A stretch of DNA of 64,000 bases from an uncultured Verrucomicrobiae bacterium. GTDB taxonomy: Bacteria > Chlamydiota > Chlamydiia > Chlamydiales > Rhabdochlamydiaceae. Below, piece after piece: positions 48,358-58,445 of the stretch (within the stretch, counting starts at the first letter, position 1; each line of letters opens with the position of its first letter). The notes below the pieces were generated by a model. That model was not told where the DNA came from. It saw nothing but the letters and a program-made list of their open reading frames with translations, and searched no databases. The position numbers were made by a program, and so were the translations under genes. The DNA is taken from contig OY970364.1 in NCBI GenBank assembly GCA_963718565.1, forward strand, positions 2,080,001-2,144,000. Reading direction: 5' to 3'.

Positions 48358-48650
48358 ATGAGATCTGGAAGATTTTTTTTATTTTCTTTTTTATCTGTTT
48401 CTATCTCTTTAACTGCTTCATCCCATTCGGCTGAAAAAGGAAAATCTCTGAAAGAAAAACCCTTTTTGCCCCATTTTTGAGTGGAAGGTGATCTTCTCTA
48501 TTGGGTCCCTGAAGTCTCTGGTCTTGATGTCAATTTTGGAAGAGGCTCTAGCTTGCAAACCACTTCAGACGGTATTGCAACGACCTTTTCTAAGGAAACC
48601 GATGTCGATCCCTCTTTTCATTGGAATGTTGGTTACCGGATTGCCTTGGT
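48358..48650 (+). pseudogene. Truncated MOMP-like outer membrane protein
   Basis: Signal-like N-terminus, in-frame TGA at 48478, GDLLYW...PSFHWNVGYRI; truncated. Confidence 0.55.
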
Positions 48651-48814
48651 AATCTATCCTTCTCTTGTGCTGTTTTTTCTCTTGGGATTGCCATTTAATT
48701 TGACAAAATGGCACTATAAACGGTAAAAATCAGAATTCGTTCAAACCTGGACTGTTCTAAGACCCCCTAAATTCACATTTTTAAACTGGGCGCAGCATAG
48801 AATAGGTATACTTT

Positions 48815-49560
48815 TTGAAAAAAAATCTCCTTCTGTTCTTCTCGATCGCCCCTCTGCTCGCATTTGGCGATGGCGGTTCTGTAACCAATAATCGCTATAA
48901 TGATTCCCTGATCGGAGGAGGCTCAGCAGGGCCGGCCGGACCTACTGGTCCAGAAGGGCCAGCAGGTTCACTGGGGTCAACCGGACCGACCGGGTCAGCT
49001 GGGCTAACAGGTTCAGCGGGGTCAACCGGACCGACCGGGCCAGTTGGGGTAACAGGTTCAGCAGGGCCAACTGGGCCCACCGGACCAGCAGGAACATCCT
49101 CGTCTTATGGGGTCAACTCAATTTTTCTTCATCGCAATCTATAAGTCTTACCACAGCCAATACATGGGTTGCTATTCCGTTTAATGCTTTTGGTCCCTCT
49201 AATAATGTGGACGGATCTACCTCTTCACCTGCAACGATCACGATACTGGAGGCAGGAGTTTATCAAATAAACATTAGTTTGTATTTCTCTTCGGAAGAGT
49301 CACTCGAGAGCACATTTACTCAAACAACTTATACGCTTGGCATAAGCACGGATACCAGTACTCCGGTAGCCTCTGCGGCGGTCTACGCTGGAGAAGCCGG
49401 CTTCTTCTCTCTTAACTATAGCGGCCTTGTGGAATTTTCTGCCAACGACACTATCCAGTTCTATATGCAGGCATCCGCTGTAGGTGGCGGTGGTTTTATA
49501 TTTGACAACGTGGTCACGATGGTAAACGGCAATGCCAGCGTACAGCAAATTGCAGAATGA
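48815..49560 (+). CDS. Collagen-like surface protein (BclA-like), frameshifted at G-run 49109-49112
   Basis: Signal peptide, ~20 Gly-X-Y triplets; C-domain ([12 protein letters not shown]) continues in another frame. Confidence 0.7.
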
Positions 49561-50633
49561 TCCATGCAGCCAAAATTCCAACTTTTGAATCACTTCCGGT
49601 ATACTGGTTGTTGATTTGTTTTTTGTTTGCACCGCTCTACTCTTTGAGTGCTGCAGAGCGGTTAATCCGAGCAAAAATCATTGAAAGAAATAACATTTGT
49701 TTTCATCTATCTGCTGAATTTACCAAGAAATATGTTAAACAGCCTTTTCGTCTCTCCTATCCTCAAGAAATCAATCTTGAAAATCTTCCTCCCTCTATTG
49801 TAGACATCCCTTTGATTACCAATGTCATTGCTGTGATCTGGCTTTCTGGAAAAGAGTACACTATTGAAGAAATGGATGAGGATCTTTATTATTCGTTAAT
49901 TAAAATTAAAACGTTCTTTAAACGTTTTTTTTATAATACTTCCTGGGAAGGGGAACTAAAACCGGAACGGCTTGTAAACAATAGAGGGAATTGCAATTCC
50001 CTCAACAACTTATCTAACACCATTCCACGGTCTGCTACGTTATTTACAGGAGGGCTAGATTCTACAGCCACTGTCTTTCGTCATTTTGATGAGAACCTCA
50101 CCCTGATTTCTTTCAACGATCCCCATCGAACAGCTGTGGAATTTGCCAAGATGCACCATTTGGATTTCTATACAATTTACATGAATTACGATACTTGTTT
50201 AAAACTGACCTCCCTTGATAAGGCTTCTTGCGATATCTCTAAGTGGTTTTGGGATACTAGCATGGGGTTATCATGGGTGGGAGCTGCCACACCTTTTCTC
50301 TATGCGATGGGAATAGCGACATTGTATATCCCTTCTGGTTTTACTTGGCGCTCATTCATTTTTCCTGATGGTCAAACATTGCGTCAGCCCGCTTCTCCAC
50401 TCATTGATGAGAACTTAACTCCTACAGGATTGCGGGTTCAACATGATATATTTACGATGACAAGGACAGATAAAATACAATTTATCTCTACTTTTTGCGC
50501 GGAAAACAACGTTTCAAAACCCCAACTTGTCGTCTGTAATCATCACCAAAAAGCAGATGTTTCCTATTCCCATTGCAATCAAGGAATTGCAAAACTCCTC
50601 GCCAGCAGAAAATCGATGATTTTGGGTACGTAA
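49557..50633 (+). CDS. Hypothetical PP-loop-type protein; C-terminus derived from a MITE end
   Basis: LFTGGLDS motif; last ~16 codons lie in the family A/B end 50582-50632. Confidence 0.6.
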   Translation: MIHAAKIPTFESLPVYWLLICFLFAPLYSLSAAERLIRAKIIERNNICFHLSAEFTKKYVKQPFRLSYPQEINLENLPPSIVDIPLITNVIAVIWLSGKEYTIEEMDEDLYYSLIKIKTFFKRFFYNTSWEGELKPERLVNNRGNCNSLNNLSNTIPRSATLFTGGLDSTATVFRHFDENLTLISFNDPHRTAVEFAKMHHLDFYTIYMNYDTCLKLTSLDKASCDISKWFWDTSMGLSWVGAATPFLYAMGIATLYIPSGFTWRSFIFPDGQTLRQPASPLIDENLTPTGLRVQHDIFTMTRTDKIQFISTFCAENNVSKPQLVVCNHHQKADVSYSHCNQGIAKLLASRKSMILGT

Positions 50634-50648
50634 TCAGTCGCTTTTAAA

Positions 50649-52946
50649 TTATTTGGATTCCGTAACTTTCTCGATTACAGATTCCGTAGTACTTCCGCCT
50701 TTAGATTCCGGAATCCTTTCAACGAAGCGAGGAAAGCCAGCTGCCTCAATTAACTGTCCAAGAATTTTTATCTTGTTATTAACTTCCGATGCAATAGCTT
50801 CAATTTCTTTAAGAGATTTTTCGGATAATTGTTTGGACATTTTTGGCTTCACAATTTGGTAAGAAAATTCGATGGAATGCGGATAAGTTGCCAGCTCGCC
50901 TGGATACGCTCTGCGTACAGTCGTGTATGTGTAAATGTAACAAAATGTCGCATCTATGCCTGAATCAACCTGGTCGGCACGAACGCTATGCACCTCAAAA
51001 TATGTACTCCCTAATACAATGTAAACACAGCGCGCTGGCTGTGAAACTTCTTTGCCTGTCTCTTTTTCTTCAATCGTTGAGAATATTTTAACATCTTTTT
51101 TAATAATGCTCTCTTTCGATGAATGGATGAGTTTATAGAGTTCTTCCAAATTAGAAATTGGCTCCTTGATGTATTTATGATTTAGAGCTCGATAAAATTG
51201 GAGCATGAACTGAATTGTTATCTCAACGCCAGAATGTTCCTCTCCATTGGATTTGGCAATGTTTTCCAAGCGGGAGATAACCCTTGGGTTGGTCAATAAT
51301 AATGCCTTATTAAACTCCGAAAGTGTTTGTTTGTTTTCAGTCAATGGATTTAAGAGGCTCTCTAAAAAATTAAAAATGCGAGCATGTCCTTCCAATGGAT
51401 CTTTAGGTGGGGGCAATTCTGACATAAATTTCTGGCTGAATTGAATGGCATTTTTTAAAAAATCATCCAGGAATGTTTGATCACCGAAAAAAGCCTTTGT
51501 GCTGAGGAGAGCCATGGACTCATCACCATAGTCCTTCAAGTCTTTGCCATATTGTTCCATTTTTTCTAAGTTATTAGAGTCGTCAGGCTTTGGAATTCTT
51601 CTAGGTTCCAAAAGAACATTGCGTTCCGGATCGATATAAATGATCGATGCTGTACTGACCATGTGCTGCCAATAGCGAAGAAATTCGACATCATATTTTT
51701 GGCGCTTTAGAGAATTGTCAAATTCCTTAAGGCAATCGATACAGAAAAGAGCATGGGGTTTATTTCTAGCTTTAAGCTCGTCTGAACGAAGTCGAATAAT
51801 GGTCTGTTGAGCTTTTTTATTTGCATCAATCCAAAGAATTTCAACCACTTGTATTTTAATTGCCCGAGCTATTGAGGTATAAACGAGGTTCCTATAAACT
51901 CCATCATAATCTGTTTTCAAAATTTTCCTTATCTCGTTTTCATTTTTATCAGATTTTTTAAGTTTTTTGAAAATTTTAAATAAATTTTTTTCTATTTGTG
52001 CAAGTGCTTGTTTTTGTACATTTGAGAAATCATCTGGCAGTTCATAATTCTCGGCAATGCGCTCCAAATTGTTCGCCAATTCAAGCATCACTTCTCGATA
52101 ATGGTGTAAAATTTTTATCTCATTTTTCTTTTTTTCTAGGTCAGAATTTTTTCCTTTTTCAATTGCTAGGTCCAGCCCCGGAATGAACATTTTGACCCGA
52201 TCATCATGACGACACTGTTTAAAATTGATAATTAGAAAATCTTTTAATTCATTATTGACAGTTTTTAAACAGGATTCGACATCCTCGAAAAAAGAGCTCT
52301 GCTCGAGTAGCTGTCTTAAATCTTGGAGAAAATCAATTTTAATATCTTTAGATTTTCCAGATGTGTTGGATTGTTTTACATGGATAAGGTCGTAAATTGT
52401 TTCTGCGGAGCTCAGCATCTCGTTATAGTTTTTATCGATTTCGCTGATTTGTTGCATGTCTTGGGGAACCTCTACCGCAGCTATAAAACTAGACGTGCAC
52501 GTTTTGAATTTCGCGATATATGTCAATTTCAATTTGGTAAGTTCAGGGGTATTAAAATCGCGATATTTGAAGCCTCTTGGCATTAATTCAAAATTTTTTC
52601 TTTTGGTGGCCCTTTCGCTTTCACTTTCGGATGTAGATCCACTGCCTGATTTGAGTCGAAGAGTGCCCACAGTGTTACTTTTTTCGGACGCTCTCTTTTG
52701 TATTGTCTTTGACGGGTCTCTGTCTCTTTTTTTAACATCGGATGTGATATCGCCTGTGGGTGGCATGTTTTTTCTTTTTCGGCCTGACCGCTGGCCAGTT
52801 AAGGCTGTTTTTGCGACATTTTCTGCCTGTGTTTTTGCAACGTTTTCTGTATTTTCCGTCTGTATTGGCTGCTGTTCGGCTGAATTTACCGATGATATTG
52901 TGAGAGGTTTTTTTTCTTGTGTAGGTGAAAGTTGTTGAGTAGTCAT
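50649..52946 (-). CDS. Orphan 765-aa protein, candidate T3SS effector
   Basis: Long AT-rich ORF, Ser/Thr-rich N-terminus, basic clusters RSGRKRK, KKRDR, KRK; SD AGGAGG. Confidence 0.7.
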   Translation of the reverse strand: MTTQQLSPTQEKKPLTISSVNSAEQQPIQTENTENVAKTQAENVAKTALTGQRSGRKRKNMPPTGDITSDVKKRDRDPSKTIQKRASEKSNTVGTLRLKSGSGSTSESESERATKRKNFELMPRGFKYRDFNTPELTKLKLTYIAKFKTCTSSFIAAVEVPQDMQQISEIDKNYNEMLSSAETIYDLIHVKQSNTSGKSKDIKIDFLQDLRQLLEQSSFFEDVESCLKTVNNELKDFLIINFKQCRHDDRVKMFIPGLDLAIEKGKNSDLEKKKNEIKILHHYREVMLELANNLERIAENYELPDDFSNVQKQALAQIEKNLFKIFKKLKKSDKNENEIRKILKTDYDGVYRNLVYTSIARAIKIQVVEILWIDANKKAQQTIIRLRSDELKARNKPHALFCIDCLKEFDNSLKRQKYDVEFLRYWQHMVSTASIIYIDPERNVLLEPRRIPKPDDSNNLEKMEQYGKDLKDYGDESMALLSTKAFFGDQTFLDDFLKNAIQFSQKFMSELPPPKDPLEGHARIFNFLESLLNPLTENKQTLSEFNKALLLTNPRVISRLENIAKSNGEEHSGVEITIQFMLQFYRALNHKYIKEPISNLEELYKLIHSSKESIIKKDVKIFSTIEEKETGKEVSQPARCVYIVLGSTYFEVHSVRADQVDSGIDATFCYIYTYTTVRRAYPGELATYPHSIEFSYQIVKPKMSKQLSEKSLKEIEAIASEVNNKIKILGQLIEAAGFPRFVERIPESKGGSTTESVIEKVTESK

Positions 52947-53243
52947 CTTATCCTCCTAAAGAAAATTTTTTGTTGACTAGCATAGATTTTTTATTTTAAA
53001 AAAGTACAGGAAATAGTTTTCGCTTCTTCTTAAGAACTTGATTTTCAAGTCATTAAACTGCAAATTTCGGTTTTCAAAAGTTTTATTGAAAAAAATCGCG
53101 CTTTGTTTCACGCTTTTTGACACCTGGATTTTCAGGTGACATTCTTTTGAAAGATCATCCTCCGAGTGTGGGATTTTCAAAACTCTCCCCGTTATCCAGG
53201 TTTTTTCAGTAAATTTTCAAAAATTAAAAAGAAGGTGGCGTAT

Positions 53244-54305
53244 ATGGCTCCGTCTTTTATATCTTCTCGTCTAAGTTCTCCAAACTATATACCTAGCATG
53301 CTGCTAGGCCAACAAACCGTCTCTGAGATCCAAACTTCCAAAGATGAAATTGACGACGATGCGATTTGGGAGATGACACGCAGTGTATTTGAAGGTTTGG
53401 AATGTCCATTTCCGGAAGGAAATAATCCCCATCTCGATAGTGCCGAACAGACCAATCAACTGTGGGCTCAGGAAATGGGAATTCCTTCCTGTAAAAAATT
53501 TTTGCCGGCACTACTAATGGCGGGCGCTTACCGTTATTGTTCTGCTGACATGCTTGCCATTTTTACTCATCTTTTGACTCTGATCTTTATTTATGATGAT
53601 ACAGTGGAAAAAATCCTCCATAAAGATCCCTCACTACTTCAGGAGTTTAACCGGCGGTTCATACAAGCTTTGGAAAGTGGAGGGGTAGGACAAGGTGAGA
53701 ATGACCCTTTAATCAAAGCAGCTGCTCATGTGCACAAAAAATTGAGGAGTATTGCTTCGCAGGAATGGTGGGATCGTTTTATGCGTGATGTGAAAGAATA
53801 TTGCGAGGCTAACTATTGGGAGTCTACTAAGATGGGCATTCCGGAAATGGAAACTTATCTCGAGAAACGCCCCTTAGGAGGAGCCGTTTACATCTTTTTT
53901 GATCTCTGTGAGTTGGCAGAAGGAGTTCAGATCAAAGATGAGGTGTTTAATAGCAAATATTTTCAAGATGTTAGGCTCGCATGTAATAATCTTATCTGGC
54001 TGTCCAATGACATTATCTCTTTTCCAAAAGAAACTAAGAATACTGGTAACAATATTATTCATATTTTCCAGAAAAACACACAATGCAACTTGCTAGAAGC
54101 AATTGAAAAAACTAAATCTTATTACAATAGGGAATTAGTGAAACTGCAGTCTTTGCGTGAGAATAGGCCATCCGAGTATGGAGATCATGAAGAAAAATAC
54201 ATCCATGGGCTTCTTTCTTGGGTGCGGTCTAATGGAGAATGGTCGCTTAAAACTCCAAGATATCAAAAACCCCAATCACCCCATGTAACGTGGCAAAAAG
54301 TTTAA
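53244..54305 (+). CDS. Class I terpene synthase (bacterial sesquiterpene cyclase-like)
   Basis: YDDTVE Asp-rich motif, YLEKR sensor Arg, NSE motif NDIISFPKE, WSLKTPRY. Confidence 0.88.
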   Translation: MAPSFISSRLSSPNYIPSMLLGQQTVSEIQTSKDEIDDDAIWEMTRSVFEGLECPFPEGNNPHLDSAEQTNQLWAQEMGIPSCKKFLPALLMAGAYRYCSADMLAIFTHLLTLIFIYDDTVEKILHKDPSLLQEFNRRFIQALESGGVGQGENDPLIKAAAHVHKKLRSIASQEWWDRFMRDVKEYCEANYWESTKMGIPEMETYLEKRPLGGAVYIFFDLCELAEGVQIKDEVFNSKYFQDVRLACNNLIWLSNDIISFPKETKNTGNNIIHIFQKNTQCNLLEAIEKTKSYYNRELVKLQSLRENRPSEYGDHEEKYIHGLLSWVRSNGEWSLKTPRYQKPQSPHVTWQKV

Positions 54306-54414
54306 AATTGCACACAAAAGAGCTGTGTTGAAGTCTGCCTGCAACATCGTGGGCAGACTTCTGGTTTCTTAGCACTTGTGAAAAAATATCTTTTTGCAAA
54401 TGGTAGCAGATTAG

Positions 54415-54472
54415 AGAGGGAATTGCAAAACTCCTCACCGCATAAAATCGAGGGGTTTTGCAATTCCCTCTA
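54415..54472. repeat. MITE family A, internally deleted short copy
   Basis: GAGGGAATTGCAAAACTCCTC...GAGGGGTTTTGCAATTCCCTC. Confidence 0.85.
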
Positions 54473-54495
54473 GAGAACACATCTAATACACTCTT

Positions 54496-56169
54496 ATGCG
54501 CAGAATTGGCCCAGATTTGTTTTTAATTCTTCTCGCGATCTGTATGGTGATTGGCTTTGCTAGCTATTTGAAACAGTTCTTCGGTCCTTACAGAGAGCAT
54601 GTCGATATCCATCTTTCACTGTGGAGTTTGCCTCAGTACACTTTTTTCTCGATGGCGCGAGGCCTTTCCGCTTATAGTTTTTCTTTGATTTTCAGTTTAT
54701 TGGTGGGTTTCTGGGCAGCCAAAGATAAGTTCGCTGAAAAACTGCTCGTTCCTCTTTTAGATGTTCTGCAAAGCATTCCTTTTTTAGGTTTTCTGCCTGG
54801 TATTGTGCTCTTGCTTATCGGCATTTTCAAACAAACGAATATCGGTCTTGAACTTGCGGCAATTATCCTCATATTTACAGCACAAGTTTGGAACATGGCC
54901 TTTAGTGTCTATCATTCTATCCGCACAGTCCCGATAGAAAAAAATGAATGCGCCACAGCGTACCGTTTCAGCAATTTGGAACGTTTTCGTTGGGTGGAGC
55001 TTCCCTTTGCTGTCTTAAGCTTGATCTGGAATAGCATCATGAGCATGGCGGGAGGATGGTTCCTTTTGATGGTCAACGAAGCCTTTAAGTTAGGAGACAG
55101 AGACTTTCGATTGCCCGGGCTCGGATCTTACATGAGTGTTGCAGCTTCTGAAGGCAATGTATTGGCCATGGTCCAAGCCATTATAGCGATGATGATTTTG
55201 ATCGTATTCTTAGATCAGTTGCTTTGGAGGCCGCTTGTCGTGTGGTCACAGACAATCCGCGTAGAAGAAACAGGTTCTGCCGTCTTGGCGGAATCTTGGT
55301 TTTTGAATCTTATCAAAAGCTCCTATCTTTTTGCTTTTTTAAAAACAGCTGTTCGTCGCCTCGTTGAGATCTTACAGAACCAAAAGGCTAAACGCTCAAA
55401 AAAACTTCATCTCAAGCGGATCGGCTCAATCATCGGGCCCATTGCACTCTTTACCTTATTTGCGAGTGTGATCACTGCGATTTTTTTTGTCAGCAAGCTG
55501 TTAAAGGGGATTTCAGTCGAGGAGTGGCTTTTTTTGGGCAAAATGCTGCTACTGACATTTGCTCGGGTCTTTATTTGCGTCACGGTAAGTGTGATCATTA
55601 TGTTGCCGCTGGGTCTTGCGATCGGATTGTCAGAAAAATGGAGCCGCACATTCCAGCCGATTCTTCAAATCGTCGCATCGTTTCCGGCAACTTTACTTTT
55701 TCCTGCGCTGATTTTTCTTTTTAAACTTGTGGGAATTCCCTTAGGAATTGGCAGCATCGTCCTGATGTCGCTCGGGACGCAATGGTACGTTCTTTTCAAT
55801 GTCATGGCAGGGGTGAAGGCCATGCCGTCCGATTTAAAAGAGGCTGCTCGAAGTTTTCGTTTCAATCGTATCCAGCGCTTTCTATGGGTGCACTGTCCTG
55901 CAGTTTTCCCCTATTTAATCACGGGGGTTTTAACGGCATCAGGAGGAGCTTGGAACGCAAGCATTGTTTCTGAGTATATCACTTATAAAGACCAAGTGTG
56001 GACTGTTCCAGGAATTGGTGCAACCATTAGCCTAGCTGCTCAAAATAATGACTACCCTTTGTTGGCAGCAAGTATTTCAGTCATGGTTATTATCGTGGTT
56101 TTAATCAATTTCCAGGTCTGGATGAGACTCTATCATTATTCTGAAAAAAGGTTTGCGCTCAATGTCTAA
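54496..56169 (+). CDS. NitT/TauT-family ABC transporter permease (duplicated TM domain)
   Basis: DVLQSIP, WNSIMSMAGGWF, GGAWNASIVSE. Confidence 0.88.
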   Translation: MRRIGPDLFLILLAICMVIGFASYLKQFFGPYREHVDIHLSLWSLPQYTFFSMARGLSAYSFSLIFSLLVGFWAAKDKFAEKLLVPLLDVLQSIPFLGFLPGIVLLLIGIFKQTNIGLELAAIILIFTAQVWNMAFSVYHSIRTVPIEKNECATAYRFSNLERFRWVELPFAVLSLIWNSIMSMAGGWFLLMVNEAFKLGDRDFRLPGLGSYMSVAASEGNVLAMVQAIIAMMILIVFLDQLLWRPLVVWSQTIRVEETGSAVLAESWFLNLIKSSYLFAFLKTAVRRLVEILQNQKAKRSKKLHLKRIGSIIGPIALFTLFASVITAIFFVSKLLKGISVEEWLFLGKMLLLTFARVFICVTVSVIIMLPLGLAIGLSEKWSRTFQPILQIVASFPATLLFPALIFLFKLVGIPLGIGSIVLMSLGTQWYVLFNVMAGVKAMPSDLKEAARSFRFNRIQRFLWVHCPAVFPYLITGVLTASGGAWNASIVSEYITYKDQVWTVPGIGATISLAAQNNDYPLLAASISVMVIIVVLINFQVWMRLYHYSEKRFALNV

Positions 56170-57439
56170 AGGACCGGCTCTTTTCGAGGCCAGAAGTATT
56201 GATAAATATTATCCTTTGCCTGATGGCCAAACACTGCATGTGCTGGATCACATTGATTTTGTCATCTATCCCAACGAAATTGTCGCGATCATCGGCCCTT
56301 CAGGATGCGGGAAATCGACATTCTTAAGGATTTTAGCGGGTCTCATTCCTCCAACAAAAGGTCAAATTTTTCACCATGGCCGGGAATTAAAAGGATTAGT
56401 TCCTGACATGTCCATGGTTTTTCAAAGCTTTGCTCTTTATCCTTGGATGAGTGTGAAGCAAAATATCGAAGTTGTTCTAAAAGCTGCTCATATTTCTGTA
56501 CAAGAGATGGAAAAAAAGACGAAAGAGGCTATCGCTTTAATCGGGCTTGAAGGATTTGAAAATGCTTACCCCCGAGAGCTTTCTGGGGGAATGAAGCAAC
56601 GTGTGGGTATTGCGCGCGCTTTGGTGCTTAACCCTGAAATGCTTTTCATGGACGAACCGTTCAGTGAAGTCGACGCTTTTACCGCAGAGGTGCTCCGAGA
56701 AGAAGTTTTGAGAATCTGGGCAGAGAAAGAGCTTCGCTTAAGCTCCATTCTCTTTGTCTCTCATGATATTCATGAAGTGGCCTTTATGGCGGACCGCATT
56801 ATTGTTTTAGGAATGAATCCTGCAAAAGTGCGTGCGATCATAGAAAATAAAATCCCAAGACCGAGAGATTATCGTTCTGAAGAGTTTTTAAAATTAGTCG
56901 AACAGTTGCACGATACTTACGGTCACATCAAGCCCCCCTTACAAAAAGCTCCGAAAAAAGAAAAGATAGGGCCTCTTTTGCCTGTGACCAATGATGAGAT
57001 TCTTGGACTGTTAGAGTATTTGAAAATGCATGGGGGGTCGCAGAATATTTTTACGATCGGAGCTCATAGAAATCAACATTTTGACAAAGTCACAATCGTC
57101 TTGCAGGCTGCCGAATTATTGGATTTTATAGAGATCGTTCATCGGACAGTGACCCTCTCTAAAAAGGGGAATGAATTCTTGAAGGGAGGGATGGAAACGC
57201 GTCAACGTCTTTGGAGGGAACAGCTATTGTCCATTCCTCTTTTTATCAAGACTTGCGAACTGTTGAAAAACGCCCCGAACAAATCGCTGGGCCGTGAGCA
57301 GCTTATGTCCTTTTTAACTCGAGAGCTTCCCTTTCAGAATGTGGTGAGCCAATTACACACTTTAGTTCGTTGGGGCTATTATGGGGGATTATTTACTTAC
57401 CATAAGAAAGCAAAACAACTGACTCTGTTCTCTATTTGA
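56162..57439 (+). CDS. NitT/TauT-family ABC ATPase with C-terminal AAA-associated domain
   Basis: GPSGCGKST, ELSGGMKQRVG, MDEPFS, WGYYG. Confidence 0.9.
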   Translation: MSKGPALFEARSIDKYYPLPDGQTLHVLDHIDFVIYPNEIVAIIGPSGCGKSTFLRILAGLIPPTKGQIFHHGRELKGLVPDMSMVFQSFALYPWMSVKQNIEVVLKAAHISVQEMEKKTKEAIALIGLEGFENAYPRELSGGMKQRVGIARALVLNPEMLFMDEPFSEVDAFTAEVLREEVLRIWAEKELRLSSILFVSHDIHEVAFMADRIIVLGMNPAKVRAIIENKIPRPRDYRSEEFLKLVEQLHDTYGHIKPPLQKAPKKEKIGPLLPVTNDEILGLLEYLKMHGGSQNIFTIGAHRNQHFDKVTIVLQAAELLDFIEIVHRTVTLSKKGNEFLKGGMETRQRLWREQLLSIPLFIKTCELLKNAPNKSLGREQLMSFLTRELPFQNVVSQLHTLVRWGYYGGLFTYHKKAKQLTLFSI

Positions 57440-58445
57440 AGCGGATTCCATGGAGTTGAGAGAGCTTCTTCGTCGCTTCCAATAAAGGCTCTAACCCTTC
57501 TTCTTGCATTGCAGAAATAGGGAAAAGTGTTTCTTTTGAGAAAGGGTAATTCTGATAAAAGTTCTGCAAATGTTCTTTCGCGCCTTCCTGGTCGATTTTG
57601 TTTAAAGCAACGATGAACGGCTTTTCAAGCATTTCTGGCTGATAGGCTTTCAACTCATTGCGCAGCACTTTGAAATCTTCGACCGGGTCCCTCCCTTCGA
57701 AACCTGAAATATCAATAACGAAAAGGAGAGCAGAGGAGCGTTCGATGTGCCGCAAAAAAGCCAACCCCAACCCCTTGTTTTGGTGGGCATTTTCAATGAC
57801 GCCGGGGATATCAGCGACAAGGACGCGTGAAAAATCGGGAAACTGAACATAGCTTAAGTTGGGATAGAGCGTTGTAAAGGGATAGGCGCCAATTTTAACA
57901 GGGACATGGGTGATTTTTGACATCAAAGTCGACTTACCCGCATTGGGCATGCCGATCAAGCCGACATCCGCGATCAATTTGAGTTCGAGCTCCACTTCGC
58001 GGACTTGGCCTTCTGTGCCAGGAGTACAGGTATTTGGGGCTTGGTTTGTTGGCGATTTAAAGCAGTGGTTGCCCTTGCCACCTTTACCGCCTTGACAGAT
58101 GAGAAACCGCTGGCTCTCTTCTGTGAAGTCAAAAAGCGTTTCACCAGTCACCGCATCTTTGACGAGCGTCCCATGAGGGACGGTAAGAATGAGGTCTTCT
58201 CCATGGCGGCCTTTTTGCAAATTGCCTCCGCCCGGCAGGCCATTTTCAGCATGGATCAAACGGCGATTCCGAAAATTCTCCAAGGAGAGGACGTGACCAT
58301 TGGCCATGAAGATAATCGAGCCTCCTTTGCCGCCGTTACCTCCGACCGGGCCTCCTTTGGGAATATATTTTTCTCGTCTCCATGCGACGACGCCGTTGCC
58401 GCCTTTACCCGCGCGAAGAGTGATTTTAACTGCGTCCACAAACAT
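57432..58445 (-). CDS. obgE: GTPase Obg/CgtA
   Basis: Gly-rich Obg fold, GMPNAGKST, DIPG, NKID. Confidence 0.97.
   Translation of the reverse strand: MFVDAVKITLRAGKGGNGVVAWRREKYIPKGGPVGGNGGKGGSIIFMANGHVLSLENFRNRRLIHAENGLPGGGNLQKGRHGEDLILTVPHGTLVKDAVTGETLFDFTEESQRFLICQGGKGGKGNHCFKSPTNQAPNTCTPGTEGQVREVELELKLIADVGLIGMPNAGKSTLMSKITHVPVKIGAYPFTTLYPNLSYVQFPDFSRVLVADIPGVIENAHQNKGLGLAFLRHIERSSALLFVIDISGFEGRDPVEDFKVLRNELKAYQPEMLEKPFIVALNKIDQEGAKEHLQNFYQNYPFSKETLFPISAMQEEGLEPLLEATKKLSQLHGIRFK

Noticed and set aside
48478..48480. TGA read-through or alternative genetic code
   Set aside because: TGA terminates intact genes here (e.g. pit, GT9); the in-frame TGAs occur only in truncated remnants
48895..49080. 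Minus-strand Pro/Gly repeat ORF
   Set aside because: Antisense shadow of the collagen repeats
47334..54305. PhyH dioxygenase plus terpene synthase as a biosynthetic cluster
   Set aside because: Separated by unrelated genes, opposite strands, no prenyltransferase; linkage unsupported
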